Shown here one piece after another: positions 19,213 through 29,792 of a DNA stretch of 64,000 bases. The stretch is from an uncultured Nitrospiraceae bacterium. Lineage in GTDB: Bacteria; Nitrospirota; Nitrospiria; Nitrospirales; Nitrospiraceae. The notes beneath the pieces were generated by a model. It was not told where the DNA came from, ran no database searches, and saw only the letters and a list, made by a program, of their open reading frames with translations. A program made the translations under genes and the position numbers. Within the stretch, counting starts at the first letter, position 1, and each line of letters begins with the position of its first letter. The stretch lies in contig CAVSTP010000003.1 of NCBI GenBank assembly GCA_963730935.1, forward strand, positions 736,001 through 800,000. The letters run 5' to 3'.

Positions 19213-20523
19213 CTAGAGACCCAAGGGCTGCAGAATGATCTCTGCGCATCGTTCGCCGCTGACAATGGCGCTTTCCAGATTGGCCGGCCAACCGGTGTCT
19301 GTCCAGGCTCCAGCGAGGAGCAGATTGCGAATGGGACTCCGCTGAAGCGGGCGTCGGACTTTCGTGCCGGGTGGTAGTGCCAACCAGGCATGGGCTCGGT
19401 CTTCTTGTCGGAATCCCGTGATCTGACGGTCCGGTTGAAGCAAGTTGAGCGATCGAAGCAGCGTGGAGACTCGCTGGACGGGCTCCGTGACCGCTTGATC
19501 CTGCGGCATCGTCACGGTCGCGACCAGGCCGCGATCGAATTGCGACGGCTTACACGCAATCCAATTAAACGGGCCGGAGCCCATCAGGATATGACGGGGA
19601 CTCGTCATCGGTTCCCCCGTCCGAACTTGCAAGACAGTGGGGGAGAAGGTCTCAAGGTCGACGATTTGCTGGAAATAGGCGTAGCGGCTGAGCCACCGTT
19701 CCGGCAACAAGCCCGTCAGCCCACGAGGTGGCAAGGCCGCGACATACCAATCGGCTTGAAGAGAGGTTCCATCGTTGACGCGCAGCCCGGTGATCCGATC
19801 GTCATGATACTCGAAGCCCACAGCAGGCATTCCCGCACACACCATGGCCTGTGCCTTTGCAAGGGCATCCGTCACCGGCTGCACGAACGCCCGGTCCCAG
19901 GCTTGGCTGGGAACCCAGATACGGCTGTCCGCCGCATGTGAGAGAAAGAACGGCTTCAACGCCATGACCAACGCATCCGCCGAGAGGTGGTGCAGATCGT
20001 TGCCGGTCAGCCAGCGGGCGAGCGGAGCCCAAATGGTCTGTCGGGATGACGGGCTATGGGAGAGCGAGTCAAGCCAACTCTCCGCTGTGCGCTGTTCGAG
20101 ATCGACCGGCAACTCGACCGACCCTTCCCAAAGCTGTTCCAGCCAGGAAAGCAGTTTCCACCGTTCGCCTGCTCGAAGGCCTGAAAAACGACCGATCGTC
20201 AGGAGTTGCTGAATGGGAGTTGGGAAACGCGTTTTTGGATAGCGGACCACTCGACCGCTTGGGAGCAGGAATTCCAACTGGGCTTCGGCGAAGCATGGCT
20301 GATCCGGCCGAAGACCGAGCGCATCCAGGAGTGCCCAGGTTGCTCCATGACAACCCAGGATGCTGGTCGGCGGATCGCTTTCGCGTCGCAGATGTTCGCC
20401 GATCCGAGCAGATGGAGTGAGCACAGTGACCCGAAGGCCGCCCAGTGCCAGCCGATAGGCAGCGGTCAGTCCCGCCGGTCCGGCGCCAAGCACAATTACC
20501 GATTGGCGGCCATCCGGCGTCAC
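19213..20523 (-). CDS. hpnE: HpnE-like hydroxysqualene dehydroxylase / FAD oxidoreductase
   Basis: GAGPAG, C-terminal LAGAWTDTGWPANLESAIVSG; GTG start overlaps the hpnD stop (GTGA). Confidence 0.75.
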   Translation of the reverse strand: MTPDGRQSVIVLGAGPAGLTAAYRLALGGLRVTVLTPSARIGEHLRRESDPPTSILGCHGATWALLDALGLRPDQPCFAEAQLEFLLPSGRVVRYPKTRFPTPIQQLLTIGRFSGLRAGERWKLLSWLEQLWEGSVELPVDLEQRTAESWLDSLSHSPSSRQTIWAPLARWLTGNDLHHLSADALVMALKPFFLSHAADSRIWVPSQAWDRAFVQPVTDALAKAQAMVCAGMPAVGFEYHDDRITGLRVNDGTSLQADWYVAALPPRGLTGLLPERWLSRYAYFQQIVDLETFSPTVLQVRTGEPMTSPRHILMGSGPFNWIACKPSQFDRGLVATVTMPQDQAVTEPVQRVSTLLRSLNLLQPDRQITGFRQEDRAHAWLALPPGTKVRRPLQRSPIRNLLLAGAWTDTGWPANLESAIVSGERCAEIILQPLGL

Positions 20524-21386
20524 GAGAATTTCGAGCGAAGCCACACGCCGCCGGCAATGGCCAACCGATGAGAGGTCGATAGGCGGACCCGCGGGCCGAA
20601 AACCGCATGATCGGGACGTTCAATGCGTTCCAGGATCCGGGAGTAGACGGCCCTCATGATTTCAGCGACGGTCAGCGCACGGCGATCTTTCGACGGCAGG
20701 GAAGCGAGCGCAGCCCGGGCCTTTGCATAGTAGGCCCTCGCCCTTTGCGCTTCGAAACGGACCAATTCGTGATGGCGGGGGTTCTCTTTCCGCTCCAGGA
20801 ATTCCGCTTCACTGCAACCGAATTGTGCCAAATCCTCGTGAGGAAGGTAGATGCGGCCCTGTTCGGCATCGGTCGCCAGGTCGCGGAGAATGTTGGTGAG
20901 CTGAAAGGCCATTCCGAGATCCACCGCATAGTCCTGTGCATGGGCCGAAGTCGAACCGAAAATGTGCAGACAGATCAGACCGACGATCGAGGCGACACGG
21001 TAACAATACAGCGATAATTCTTCGAAGGTACTATAACGCGTTGTCGCCAGATCCATTTCGACGCCCTTGATGAGTTCCTCGAAGTAGGCCTTCGGGATTG
21101 AAAGCCGCTTGGCATGATGCGCCAGGCTGATCATGAGCGGCCATGTGGGTTCACCGGCATAGACCAAGTCAAGTTCGGAGCGCCAGCGACGAAGCTCTTC
21201 CTTGGGGTCGCTCCCGGGCGGCGGCTCGTCGACGGCGCTATCCACCGCTTTGCAAAAGGCGTAGACGGTGTACATCGCCTCGCGCCGGGCCTTCGGCAAG
21301 AACATGAACGAATAATAGAAGTTGCTTCCGCTTTGTTTTGTGAGATTGGTGCAGTATGCCTGAGCCTCCGCAGACGTCATGGTCAT
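20520..21386 (-). CDS. hpnD: Presqualene diphosphate synthase (squalene/phytoene synthase family)
   Basis: SNFYYSF, YAFC, YCYRVAS, QLTNILRD motifs; paired with hpnE. Confidence 0.85.
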   Translation of the reverse strand: MTMTSAEAQAYCTNLTKQSGSNFYYSFMFLPKARREAMYTVYAFCKAVDSAVDEPPPGSDPKEELRRWRSELDLVYAGEPTWPLMISLAHHAKRLSIPKAYFEELIKGVEMDLATTRYSTFEELSLYCYRVASIVGLICLHIFGSTSAHAQDYAVDLGMAFQLTNILRDLATDAEQGRIYLPHEDLAQFGCSEAEFLERKENPRHHELVRFEAQRARAYYAKARAALASLPSKDRRALTVAEIMRAVYSRILERIERPDHAVFGPRVRLSTSHRLAIAGGVWLRSKFS

Positions 21387-22321
21387 CTCGATTGACCTGT
21401 GAGACATACGCTGCCCGTCAAATCGCGAACGGCATCGTTCGGGCGGTCGGCATGCACCGTTCCGGTACAGATGTCGGCCATCAGCTCCACGCCGTCCACG
21501 AGACGAGGACCGGGACGACTGAAGTATGAGCCGGCATCGACAACATAGGTTTTGGCGGCGGAGAGCAGAAGACGCGAGGAAGCCGAATCCTCCCGGCAGA
21601 GAACGGTCAGTTCAGAGACGGTGCGGGCCAGCGAAAATCCGCAAGGCATGACGATGAGAATGTCGGGCGCCGCGTCTCGCACTTCTTCCATGGTGACTTG
21701 CCGGGAGGGCTCGCCGGCATGTCCTAGTACATCGAGCCCCCCGGCGGCGTCCACCATTTCTGGAATCCAGTGTCCGCCCACATACAGAGGGCTCAGCCAC
21801 TCGAGGCAGACGATGCGTGGCCGTGGTTGTTGCGTCGATCTCTCGCGAACGGCGGCCATCCGGCTCCGGAGCGAACCCGCAAGGTTGCGTCCACGCAAAT
21901 CCACCCCCAGTGCGGCTCCGATACGTTCGACATCGTTGATCACATCGGTGAGCGAATGGGGAGCGAGCGTCAGGAGCTGCGGTTTCCGGGGCAGCGATTC
22001 CATGGCGCGCTCGAGCTCATGCGGCGTCACTGCGCACACGTGACAGACGTCTTGGGTCAGAATGATGTCGGGCCGCGCCTCAGCCAAGGCCCGCTCATCC
22101 ACGCGATACAGCGGTTGTCCCGACGACGTCAGCGCCTTGACTTGGCGGTCGATCTCGGCGCTGTCCGTGCCGTCCGAATCGACAATGGGGCGCACCATGA
22201 GCGGAACACCGCGGACGGCCGGTGGATAATCGCACTCGTGGCTGATCCCGACGAGCGAGTCGGCCAACTCGAGCGCCATGACGACCTCGGTTGCGCCCGG
22301 CACGAGCGAGCAGATTCGCAT
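21383..22321 (-). CDS. BtuF/TroA-like (cobalamin-binding family) protein lacking a signal peptide
   Basis: MRICSLVPGATE, HECDYP, TQDVCHVC, GHWIPEM, FSRPGPRL. Confidence 0.8.
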   Translation of the reverse strand: MRICSLVPGATEVVMALELADSLVGISHECDYPPAVRGVPLMVRPIVDSDGTDSAEIDRQVKALTSSGQPLYRVDERALAEARPDIILTQDVCHVCAVTPHELERAMESLPRKPQLLTLAPHSLTDVINDVERIGAALGVDLRGRNLAGSLRSRMAAVRERSTQQPRPRIVCLEWLSPLYVGGHWIPEMVDAAGGLDVLGHAGEPSRQVTMEEVRDAAPDILIVMPCGFSLARTVSELTVLCREDSASSRLLLSAAKTYVVDAGSYFSRPGPRLVDGVELMADICTGTVHADRPNDAVRDLTGSVCLTGQSR

Positions 22322-22333
22322 ATCAGCGTCCTC

Positions 22334-23023
22334 TCATGCGGCCGGCCAGAGACGTGTGCGCAGCTCTTTGAGATCGGTCTCCAGGAGGCTATTCGTGATG
22401 GCATGAGCCTCGTGCAGGTCCTGAACGGTGTGCGTGTTTGTCACTGCCAACACCTTCATGCCGGCGGTTCGTGCACCGCGTACTCCAGGTAGCGAATCTT
22501 CGATCACCAGGCACGAGGACGGGATGAGACCGGCGTCGTGTTGCTGGAGCGCTTTCAACGCCAGGAGAAACGGCTGTGGGTCAGGTTTGCCTCTGGTCAC
22601 GTCTTCCGCGCTGGTGATGTGCAGAAATGCTGGTCTGAGACCGGCGGTATCTAGAATGTACTCAATTTCATGCCGCAACGCGCCGGACGCAATGGCCAGA
22701 GGGTAGGTGTGGGCAGCCTCACGGACGAACTCGGGGACACCGGGAAAGATCACCTGATGGTGCCTGACTGATTCCAGGTATGCCTCGGCTTTCCGCTTCA
22801 TCAGACGCCCGACAACGGCGGCGTCGGCAGGACGATGATTCGCTGCCAGCGCGGCCAGAATACAGCCGCGGTCGTCATATCCGAGGTAGTCGGCGTAGTA
22901 TTCCGCTTCAGTCAGTTCGATGCCGATTTCTTTGAGCGTTTGGCACAGGCCGGCATAATGCAACGGCTCTGTGTTGGCAATGACGCCGTCGAAATCGAAA
23001 ATGAGAGCTTGAAGTGTCGACAT
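22334..23023 (-). CDS. HAD-superfamily phosphatase (beta-PGM/CbbY-like)
   Basis: FDFDGV, KPDP, IEDS motifs. Confidence 0.9.
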   Translation of the reverse strand: MSTLQALIFDFDGVIANTEPLHYAGLCQTLKEIGIELTEAEYYADYLGYDDRGCILAALAANHRPADAAVVGRLMKRKAEAYLESVRHHQVIFPGVPEFVREAAHTYPLAIASGALRHEIEYILDTAGLRPAFLHITSAEDVTRGKPDPQPFLLALKALQQHDAGLIPSSCLVIEDSLPGVRGARTAGMKVLAVTNTHTVQDLHEAHAITNSLLETDLKELRTRLWPAA

Positions 23024-23113
23024 AGAAACGACGGGAAGATCATGTTGGAAGTTTCGGCGCGGATTATAGCACAGGGGTCACAAAAAGAAGGCGGACCAAC
23101 GCAGTCGTAGGCT

Positions 23114-23764
23114 TTAGAACTTCAATCGCAGCCGCTTTTCCGGGATCCAGCCCTTGACGCCGTCGTCCGTCCGAACCGAGTAGACCCAGCCGCTCGGTTG
23201 GAGATCGCCGTCGAGCACGCTCAATGTGACGCCGGGACGGACCACAGGACCCGGCTTCACACCCGCGGGGTCCAGAGAGAGCGGAATCGTTTCGCCTGGA
23301 GCGGTCGGATTCCCGATCGCGGTCACCTTTTGCCCTTCGGCAAACATTGGAGAAGCAACAGCGGATGCCGGTGCTGTCGGAGCCATCGCTGGAGCGGTCG
23401 CAGAAGGAGGCATCGGCGCGGTCGGAGTACCTGAAGGAGCTGTTTCGGAAGGGGTCGGTGGCGTTACCGGAGCTGTGGAAGCGGGCGGAGGAGCCGTCGG
23501 TGGCGCAGTCCTTGGTTTTGTCGCCGTCGCGTGCGGTTCAGGCAGATTGTCACCCGTAAAGGGAGCCAGCCAGTCCGCGAGTTGTTCCGGTTCCATGGCG
23601 AGGTAGCCGATCCCTGCGACCAAGAGGAGGAGGAAGATCCACAGCAGCGGTCGTCCGCCACGCGATTTCTTTCCGGACTTCATGGAAGAGGCAGGTTTGG
23701 TGGCAGTCGTCTGATCCAGTTCCTCTTCAGTAAACTCCAAATCCGGCTCCGGTTGACGGGCCAT
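23114..23764 (-). CDS. Single-pass membrane protein with Pro/Ala/Thr linker and C-terminal SH3b-like domain
   Basis: TM helix, low-complexity linker, GWVYSVRTDDGVKGWI. Confidence 0.65.
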   Translation of the reverse strand: MARQPEPDLEFTEEELDQTTATKPASSMKSGKKSRGGRPLLWIFLLLLVAGIGYLAMEPEQLADWLAPFTGDNLPEPHATATKPRTAPPTAPPPASTAPVTPPTPSETAPSGTPTAPMPPSATAPAMAPTAPASAVASPMFAEGQKVTAIGNPTAPGETIPLSLDPAGVKPGPVVRPGVTLSVLDGDLQPSGWVYSVRTDDGVKGWIPEKRLRLKF

Positions 23765-23853
23765 CGAATACCTCCAAACTAACGATAGAAGCTTGTCTTA
23801 TCACCATCCCCCCTGAGAGTCAATTTTCCCTTTGAAAATGCCGCGAGTCGCGA

Positions 23854-25626
23854 TCAGCAGGGTTGTGCGGGAGAGCAGGACAGGACCTGAGCTTCACGGC
23901 TGCCGCTGCGAAAGACCGTCAAGCCCTTACACCCCAGCTCATAGGCCAGGAGAAATGCATCGGCCACGTCTGCCTTGGTGGCGGACGATGGCAAATTGAT
24001 CGTTTTTGACACGCCGCTGTCGCTGAGGCGCTGAAAGACGGCCTGCATGCGAACATGTTGCTGCGGCGGGACGTCGTGTGCGGTGACAAAGAGCCGGCGG
24101 ATCTCTTGCGGAATACGTGCGATATTCTGAATGGAGGGGCTCGCTGACAGCTCATTCCGAAGCGTATCGAGGGTAAGGCCGTGCGCGCGGATCATGCGCG
24201 CAAAAGCCGGGTGGACCATCGTCAGTTCCAGGTCTTCCAGAGCCCGGCGCAGAATGCGCACTCCATACAGCGGTTCAATGCCGGGCGAACAGCCTGCGAT
24301 GAGACTGATCGTTCCCGTTGGCGCGATGGTAGTCACCGTGGCATTGCGCCGTCGCTCGTGGCGGGCTTCAAGCTGGCTTCCACGGTAGGCTGGGAAGAGC
24401 CCTCGCTCCAAAGCGAGTTGGCGTGAGGCGTCGTGAGCACGCGTCTGGACAAACGACATCAGCGTGGTCGCCTGGGCAATGGCGGCGTCGGTATCATAGG
24501 GGATGTGCAGGGCAATCAACAAATCGGCGAATCCCATGATCCCAAGTCCAATCTTTCGCGTCCGTAGTGTAGCGGTTTCGATGTCCTTGAGCGGGTAGTG
24601 GTTGCGATCAATCACATTGTCCAGGAAGCGGACAGCCAGGCCGATCGTTTCCTCGAGCCTCGCATAATCGATGGTTGCCGTGCCGCCGGTACGCAGGACG
24701 AACTTCGAGACATCGATGGATCCGAGGGTGCAGGATTCGTACGACAGCAGCGGTTGTTCGCCGCAGGGGTTCGTGGCTTCGATGTTCCCTAGCCGGGGCG
24801 TCGGATTGGCCGCGTTGATCCGGTCCAGATAGATGACACCTGGCTCTCCCGTGGCCCAGGCGGCCTCCGCCAGCCGATCAAACACCATCTGGGCTGGCAG
24901 CCGCCTGACCGCTTTTCCGGTGCGCGGATTAATGAGGCCATAGCGCCGCCCACGTTCGAGGGCACGCATGAAGTCCGGCGTGATCCCGACCGACAGATTG
25001 AAGTTGGTCATTTCAGCCGGATCCTGCTTCAACCCGATGAATTCTAGAATGTCGGGATGATCCACACGTAAAATGCCCATGTTGGCTCCGCGCCGTGTGC
25101 CACCCTGTTTGATGACGTCCGTGGCCATGTTGAAAATGCGCATGAACGACACGGGGCCGGAAGCGATGCCATGCGTAGAGGCCACGAGGTCGTCGTGTGG
25201 GCGAAGCCGACTGAACGAAAATCCCGTCCCGCCTCCCGACTGGTGGATCAGCGCCTGCTGCTTCACCGCATCGAGGATGGAACTCAGCGAGTCTTCGACC
25301 GGCAGGACGAAGCAGGCAGCCAATTGTTGCAGGGGACGTCCGGCGTTCATGAGTGTCGGCGAATTGGGGAGAAATTCCAGGCGTGCCATGCATTCGTAAA
25401 ACCGTTGTGCGGCGCCGGCAAGGCGCGTTGAGCCCGGATAGAGCTGTTCGGCTTGTGCGACGTCAGTGGCAATGCGCCAGAACAATTGCGGGATCGTTTC
25501 CGTGACGACGCCGTGGTGATTCTTGATGAGGTATCGCCGCCGAAGCACGACCTTCGCTTCGGGCGACAACCGCGGGACGGGCCTGGAAGGGGGCGCCGTC
25601 GACCGGACAGAGCGGGGAGAACGCAT
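23854..25626 (-). CDS. nrdJ: Adenosylcobalamin-dependent (class II) ribonucleotide reductase, compact form
   Basis: [42 protein letters not shown] motifs. Confidence 0.9.
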   Translation of the reverse strand: MRSPRSVRSTAPPSRPVPRLSPEAKVVLRRRYLIKNHHGVVTETIPQLFWRIATDVAQAEQLYPGSTRLAGAAQRFYECMARLEFLPNSPTLMNAGRPLQQLAACFVLPVEDSLSSILDAVKQQALIHQSGGGTGFSFSRLRPHDDLVASTHGIASGPVSFMRIFNMATDVIKQGGTRRGANMGILRVDHPDILEFIGLKQDPAEMTNFNLSVGITPDFMRALERGRRYGLINPRTGKAVRRLPAQMVFDRLAEAAWATGEPGVIYLDRINAANPTPRLGNIEATNPCGEQPLLSYESCTLGSIDVSKFVLRTGGTATIDYARLEETIGLAVRFLDNVIDRNHYPLKDIETATLRTRKIGLGIMGFADLLIALHIPYDTDAAIAQATTLMSFVQTRAHDASRQLALERGLFPAYRGSQLEARHERRRNATVTTIAPTGTISLIAGCSPGIEPLYGVRILRRALEDLELTMVHPAFARMIRAHGLTLDTLRNELSASPSIQNIARIPQEIRRLFVTAHDVPPQQHVRMQAVFQRLSDSGVSKTINLPSSATKADVADAFLLAYELGCKGLTVFRSGSREAQVLSCSPAQPC

Positions 25627-25721
25627 GCGGTATTATAACCGCCGCACCTCCGTTTGACGATATTACCGGGCTTGAATCTTCTCGGCTTCCGGTCTCACAA
25701 TGCAGTGCCGGTGACACGATC

Positions 25722-26135
25722 ATGCGCTCTTACCGCGAAGAACTCTGGTTCGAAACGAAGACACGGCGCGCCTACCTCAACATCACGCCTCAGGTCGAGC
25801 AGATCGTCAAAAAGAGCGGCGTTCAGGAAGGGCTGGTGCTGGTCAATGCCATGCACATCACGGCCAGCGTCTACATCAACGACGACGAACAGGGGCTGCT
25901 GCACGACTACGATCGCTTTTTGGAGCGGATCGCGCCTCATGACGACGTGTATCGCCACAACGAAACGGGTGAGGACAATGGGGATGCGCACATCAAGCGG
26001 CAAGTGATGGGTCGTGAAGTCGTGGTAGCGATCACCAACGGCCGGTTGGATTTCGGACCGTGGGAACAGATTTTTTATGGTGAGTTCGACGGCCGGCGCA
26101 AGAAGCGGGTGTTGGTGAAGGTCGTCGGTGACTGA
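25722..26135 (+). CDS. yjbQ: YjbQ/UPF0047 family protein
   Basis: [25 protein letters not shown] motifs. Confidence 0.9.
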   Translation: MRSYREELWFETKTRRAYLNITPQVEQIVKKSGVQEGLVLVNAMHITASVYINDDEQGLLHDYDRFLERIAPHDDVYRHNETGEDNGDAHIKRQVMGREVVVAITNGRLDFGPWEQIFYGEFDGRRKKRVLVKVVGD

Positions 26136-26251
26136 GGCATCGACTGTGAGAGTCGATAGGCGAGGTTCAAACCGATTGAGCGCTTGCTCCTCGATGGAAA
26201 GTTTGGCAACATGGATGTCTACGGCTCATCGTCTACTGCCCGGAGTATTTC

Positions 26252-27265
26252 ATGCAAAGTTGGTCTCGTCCCGATCCCCTGACCAGAGACTTGGTTCATC
26301 TGATCAACGCCCGCCGTCACGATCACGGTGACACCGACGCGGCGATCGATACGCTTCAGGCGTTTCTCGAGCAGGGGCGTGAAGAAGATCTGTTGACGGT
26401 GCTCGCCGCGCTCGATGAGGACATGGCGGAATGGCTGTTCGATCTAGTGGCCGAGGCGTCCTGTTCCGTGATGCTCGACACCACAGCCGACGAAAAACTC
26501 TCCTACGCTGTGATGGCTGCGCTGGAGCTTCCGCTTCAGGCCAACCTTTCCCACCCGTTGAAGCTCAAAATCGATCCCGTCGCCACGGCTGAAGTGTTGC
26601 ATCGGCATCTTCGGCTGTCCTCGGGGACCGTGGTCCGCGTGGAGCCACGGCTGTTGACGGATGCCACGCTCGAGGCGTTGAGTTTGCAAGCGTTGAACGA
26701 GCACCTGACCACAGTGGCGGAATCCCAGCGCGGCCGCTCGATCGCGGCTCGGTTGTATCCTCCGGTCGAGAACACGGCGTTTCTGTTTTTCGAATTGATC
26801 GGCGTGCCTGATGCCGGTCTGCCGGATTCGCTCGAGGATCCGCACCGCCGTGCATTGTTGGAGGGCTTGGTCGAGCAATGTCCCGAATTGGCGCTGGCTC
26901 CCGACACGATCGAGGCGCCTGTATATGCCGCCTACGCCATGTTCGATGCGCAGAACGCTGTCCGCCTTCATCATCTGGCCGACGAAACCGCTGCCGTCTG
27001 GCGGGATCTTGATCCGCTCGTCCGTGCCCGAACCATCGTGCACCTCCACACGCAATGCGGGAACGGGGTGTATATGCCGGTGTGGACCGATCTGTTCGAC
27101 CCCGAACTTCCCGAGGAACACGGTCCTGTCTGGACGTCGCCCGATGTATGGGTCTTCACCGCCGACCTGCCGATCGAATGGCCGGGGGAGATGCTGACCA
27201 ATCGCCTACTGGCCGAAGGCTGCACAAGGTTTGAGAATCATATCGTCGAAGCCCCCGAGAACTAA
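26252..27265 (+). CDS. Hypothetical acidic protein
   Basis: 337-aa ORF with GGAG RBS; no recognised motif. Confidence 0.65.
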   Translation: MQSWSRPDPLTRDLVHLINARRHDHGDTDAAIDTLQAFLEQGREEDLLTVLAALDEDMAEWLFDLVAEASCSVMLDTTADEKLSYAVMAALELPLQANLSHPLKLKIDPVATAEVLHRHLRLSSGTVVRVEPRLLTDATLEALSLQALNEHLTTVAESQRGRSIAARLYPPVENTAFLFFELIGVPDAGLPDSLEDPHRRALLEGLVEQCPELALAPDTIEAPVYAAYAMFDAQNAVRLHHLADETAAVWRDLDPLVRARTIVHLHTQCGNGVYMPVWTDLFDPELPEEHGPVWTSPDVWVFTADLPIEWPGEMLTNRLLAEGCTRFENHIVEAPEN

Positions 27266-27389
27266 CTTCTACTGATCTCCCGCTGACCTTCCGCGGAAAT
27301 TCACTGGTTTCTGCTTGTCCGAATCCGCGCATTTCGTCGATTTTTTGAGCCTCTTGACCTATGCTCAGGACTCGTCGAGAGGAGCTCTC

Positions 27390-27998
27390 ATGAGTCAGCA
27401 GCCGCTTTCCACCCGGATTCTGGCAGGTGCGATTACGTTTATTGGGCTTGGGTTTGTCTGGATGGCGATTGCCAGCAATTTGCCTTCTCAACAGGAACTA
27501 TCCGCCAAGGAATCGCCGCAGCCGCCGGCTCATGCGGTGCCGGTACCGCCTCTGCCAGAACCGGTGCTTGATCTGTCGATTCCTGGCGTGCCAGCGACGC
27601 CACCGGCATCCGAGATCCCGCCATCTGCGTCGGCCGACAGACCGTCGGTCTCGAGACCGACGGATCGTCGTGCAGCCCAGGTGGCCCGGTTGCGGTGTGA
27701 GGCTGAAGTCGAGCAGCTCTGTCCGGAGGCATCGGATGGGTCAGGACGCCGCCAATGTCTGGAAAAGCGCGCGCAACAGTTGTCAGCGCCCTGTCATCAG
27801 CAAATGCGGGAGCGTTTGGTCAGGTGGAAAGAGGAGCGGAGTCGATTGACGCTGGCCTGCCACGCCGACATCAGGCGATTCTGTCCCGACGTCAAACCGG
27901 GTGGCGGGGAGACGCAGTGTTTGCAACACCATGCGCAGGAATTATCCGACGGCTGTTACGGGATGCTTCCCAAGGGCACGCTGCACTTCAAGCAGTGA
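27390..27998 (+). CDS. Membrane-anchored protein with two cysteine-rich (GLG1-like) repeats
   Basis: N-terminal TM, Pro-rich linker, two C-x7-C...QCL...LSxxC repeats. Confidence 0.75.
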   Translation: MSQQPLSTRILAGAITFIGLGFVWMAIASNLPSQQELSAKESPQPPAHAVPVPPLPEPVLDLSIPGVPATPPASEIPPSASADRPSVSRPTDRRAAQVARLRCEAEVEQLCPEASDGSGRRQCLEKRAQQLSAPCHQQMRERLVRWKEERSRLTLACHADIRRFCPDVKPGGGETQCLQHHAQELSDGCYGMLPKGTLHFKQ

Positions 27999-28020
27999 GC
28001 CCTGCCTTCTCGCTCGAACA

Positions 28021-28223
28021 ATGAACATGGCAATTTCTCACCCGCCCGCCCAGGCGAACTAGTTTTTCACCCTCCCACCCACCGATTGCTTTGCAATCGT
28101 TATCCCGCGGCGCGCCTCACCCAAGCATCGTTCTCGCTTCTTCGCTCCCTGCGACGTACCTAAAACTGTACGCCTCGGGGGCTCAGTCGCCCGGACCTTA
28201 CGGGAACCCATTTTGATCATCCT
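28021..28223. mobile_element. MITE-like dispersed repeat, copy 1
   Basis: TCACCCGCCC motif, CGATTGC-TTT-GCAATCG hairpin, right end CATTTTGATCATCCT matching the copy 3 TIR. Confidence 0.65.
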
Positions 28224-28232
28224 GGACTGAGT

Positions 28233-28937
28233 CTATTTCGTTTTCGGCGGGATGACATAAAACGTCATCGACACGCCGGCTACTTCAATTACATCCCCGT
28301 CCTTCAGTGCCTGCGGCACGGCCACGTCTCTTCCGCTGACCAGCAGCCGCTTGCATCCCTCTGAAGGGCTGATGGTGAAACCGCTTCCACGACTCGAAAT
28401 CAGGGCCGCCGCCTTGGGTGCGAACCATCCGGTCAGGCGGATGGCCGCGCCTTCCTGCGATCCAATCAGGTTCGCCGTTTTTGTGAGATGGTACTCCAAG
28501 CGGTCCGTCTTTCCCCAAGTGATCACGACCTTGGCCGTGATCGATGGCCCAGGAGAGAGATGTTTGCCGGAGATCGCCATGGTTTGGTCCAAATCCGACG
28601 AGGCTGAGACGGACACCGCACGAGATGGCGCGGTGTCCTGGAAGATGATTCGATGATGCCCGATCGTGATCACATCGGCATCGTGGAGCTGAGCCCGCTC
28701 GACCGGCTTGCCATTCACCGCCGTGCCGTTCGTGCTCTTGAGGTCTTCGAGGAAGTACACCGATTGCACCCGCACGATCTTGGCATGACGGCTTGAAACC
28801 GTGTGGTCGTCGATCGGCAGATCGTTATCTGGTTTGCGGCCGATGGTGAAGCTGTCCGCAGTGAGATCGATGGACCGCGAGCCTTGGCCGTGTAGTTTGA
28901 CCAGAAGTTTCGCCGAGTCAGTGAGGATGTTACCCAT
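28233..28937 (-). CDS. Tandem FHA domain protein
   Basis: IGR...VSSRHA...DLKSTNGT (canonical FHA) plus a degenerate second FHA. Confidence 0.88.
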   Translation of the reverse strand: MGNILTDSAKLLVKLHGQGSRSIDLTADSFTIGRKPDNDLPIDDHTVSSRHAKIVRVQSVYFLEDLKSTNGTAVNGKPVERAQLHDADVITIGHHRIIFQDTAPSRAVSVSASSDLDQTMAISGKHLSPGPSITAKVVITWGKTDRLEYHLTKTANLIGSQEGAAIRLTGWFAPKAAALISSRGSGFTISPSEGCKRLLVSGRDVAVPQALKDGDVIEVAGVSMTFYVIPPKTK

Positions 28938-28955
28938 ATGCTGCTCCTGTGAGGG

Positions 28956-29777
28956 TTAAGACGCTTTCAAAAACCACCGTTGCTTGATGCGGTGCCAGAG
29001 GCGACCGACGGCACCGTCTTCGACGGCGACTAGCATGACGGTGATGTTGTCCTCTCCTCCGGCATCGTTGGCCAGAGCGATCAGCCGGTCGGTCTTCTCG
29101 CTCAACTCGCCGTCCTGTTCCAGCGTTCTCAGCATCTCGCTGCAGCGGACGCCGCGAGTGAGTCCGTCCGAACACAGCAGCAACAGGTCGCCGGTGGACA
29201 CCGGCAGTTCCGCTAACTCGATATCGACGATATTCTCGACGCCTAACGCACGAGTGACGATATTCCGTCGCGGCGAGCGTTCCGCTTCCTGTTCCGTCAT
29301 GTATCCCTGCGCGACCTGTTCGGCCACCCACGAATGATCGACGGTCAGCACCTGCATGACTCCGTCCCTGATCAGGTACACGCGGCTGTCTCCGACGTGA
29401 GCAATCGACAATGTGTGCCCTGACAGACGGGCGGCGGCGACGGTGGTGCCCATCCCGGCGTATTTCGGATGTTCCCAGGACGCACGGAAGATGGCAGCGT
29501 TGGCGGCACGGATCGCCTGTGCGAGCTGATTGGTTGCCGGTGTCAGGTTGGGATCGTCCTCTGGGGTGTCGGCTGTGGGTTGGTCGCTCGGCGATTTTAT
29601 GCGGGCCAGAATGGTCTCGATTGCCATGCGGCTTGCCACTTCACCCGCGTTGCCTCCTCCCATGCCGTCACAGACGACGTAGAGCCCGAGCGAGGAATCC
29701 GCGACGAAGCAATCCTCGTTATGGGGCCGTTTCCGCCCGATGTCGGATTTGGCGGAGTGCAGCCGGTCAATCGCCAC
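28956..29777 (-). CDS. PP2C/Stp1 family Ser/Thr phosphatase
   Basis: NED, VCDGMGG, HVGDSR, CSDGL, GEDNIT motifs. Confidence 0.93.
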   Translation of the reverse strand: MAIDRLHSAKSDIGRKRPHNEDCFVADSSLGLYVVCDGMGGGNAGEVASRMAIETILARIKSPSDQPTADTPEDDPNLTPATNQLAQAIRAANAAIFRASWEHPKYAGMGTTVAAARLSGHTLSIAHVGDSRVYLIRDGVMQVLTVDHSWVAEQVAQGYMTEQEAERSPRRNIVTRALGVENIVDIELAELPVSTGDLLLLCSDGLTRGVRCSEMLRTLEQDGELSEKTDRLIALANDAGGEDNITVMLVAVEDGAVGRLWHRIKQRWFLKAS

Positions 29778-29792
29778 GACCTACGTTGCCTC

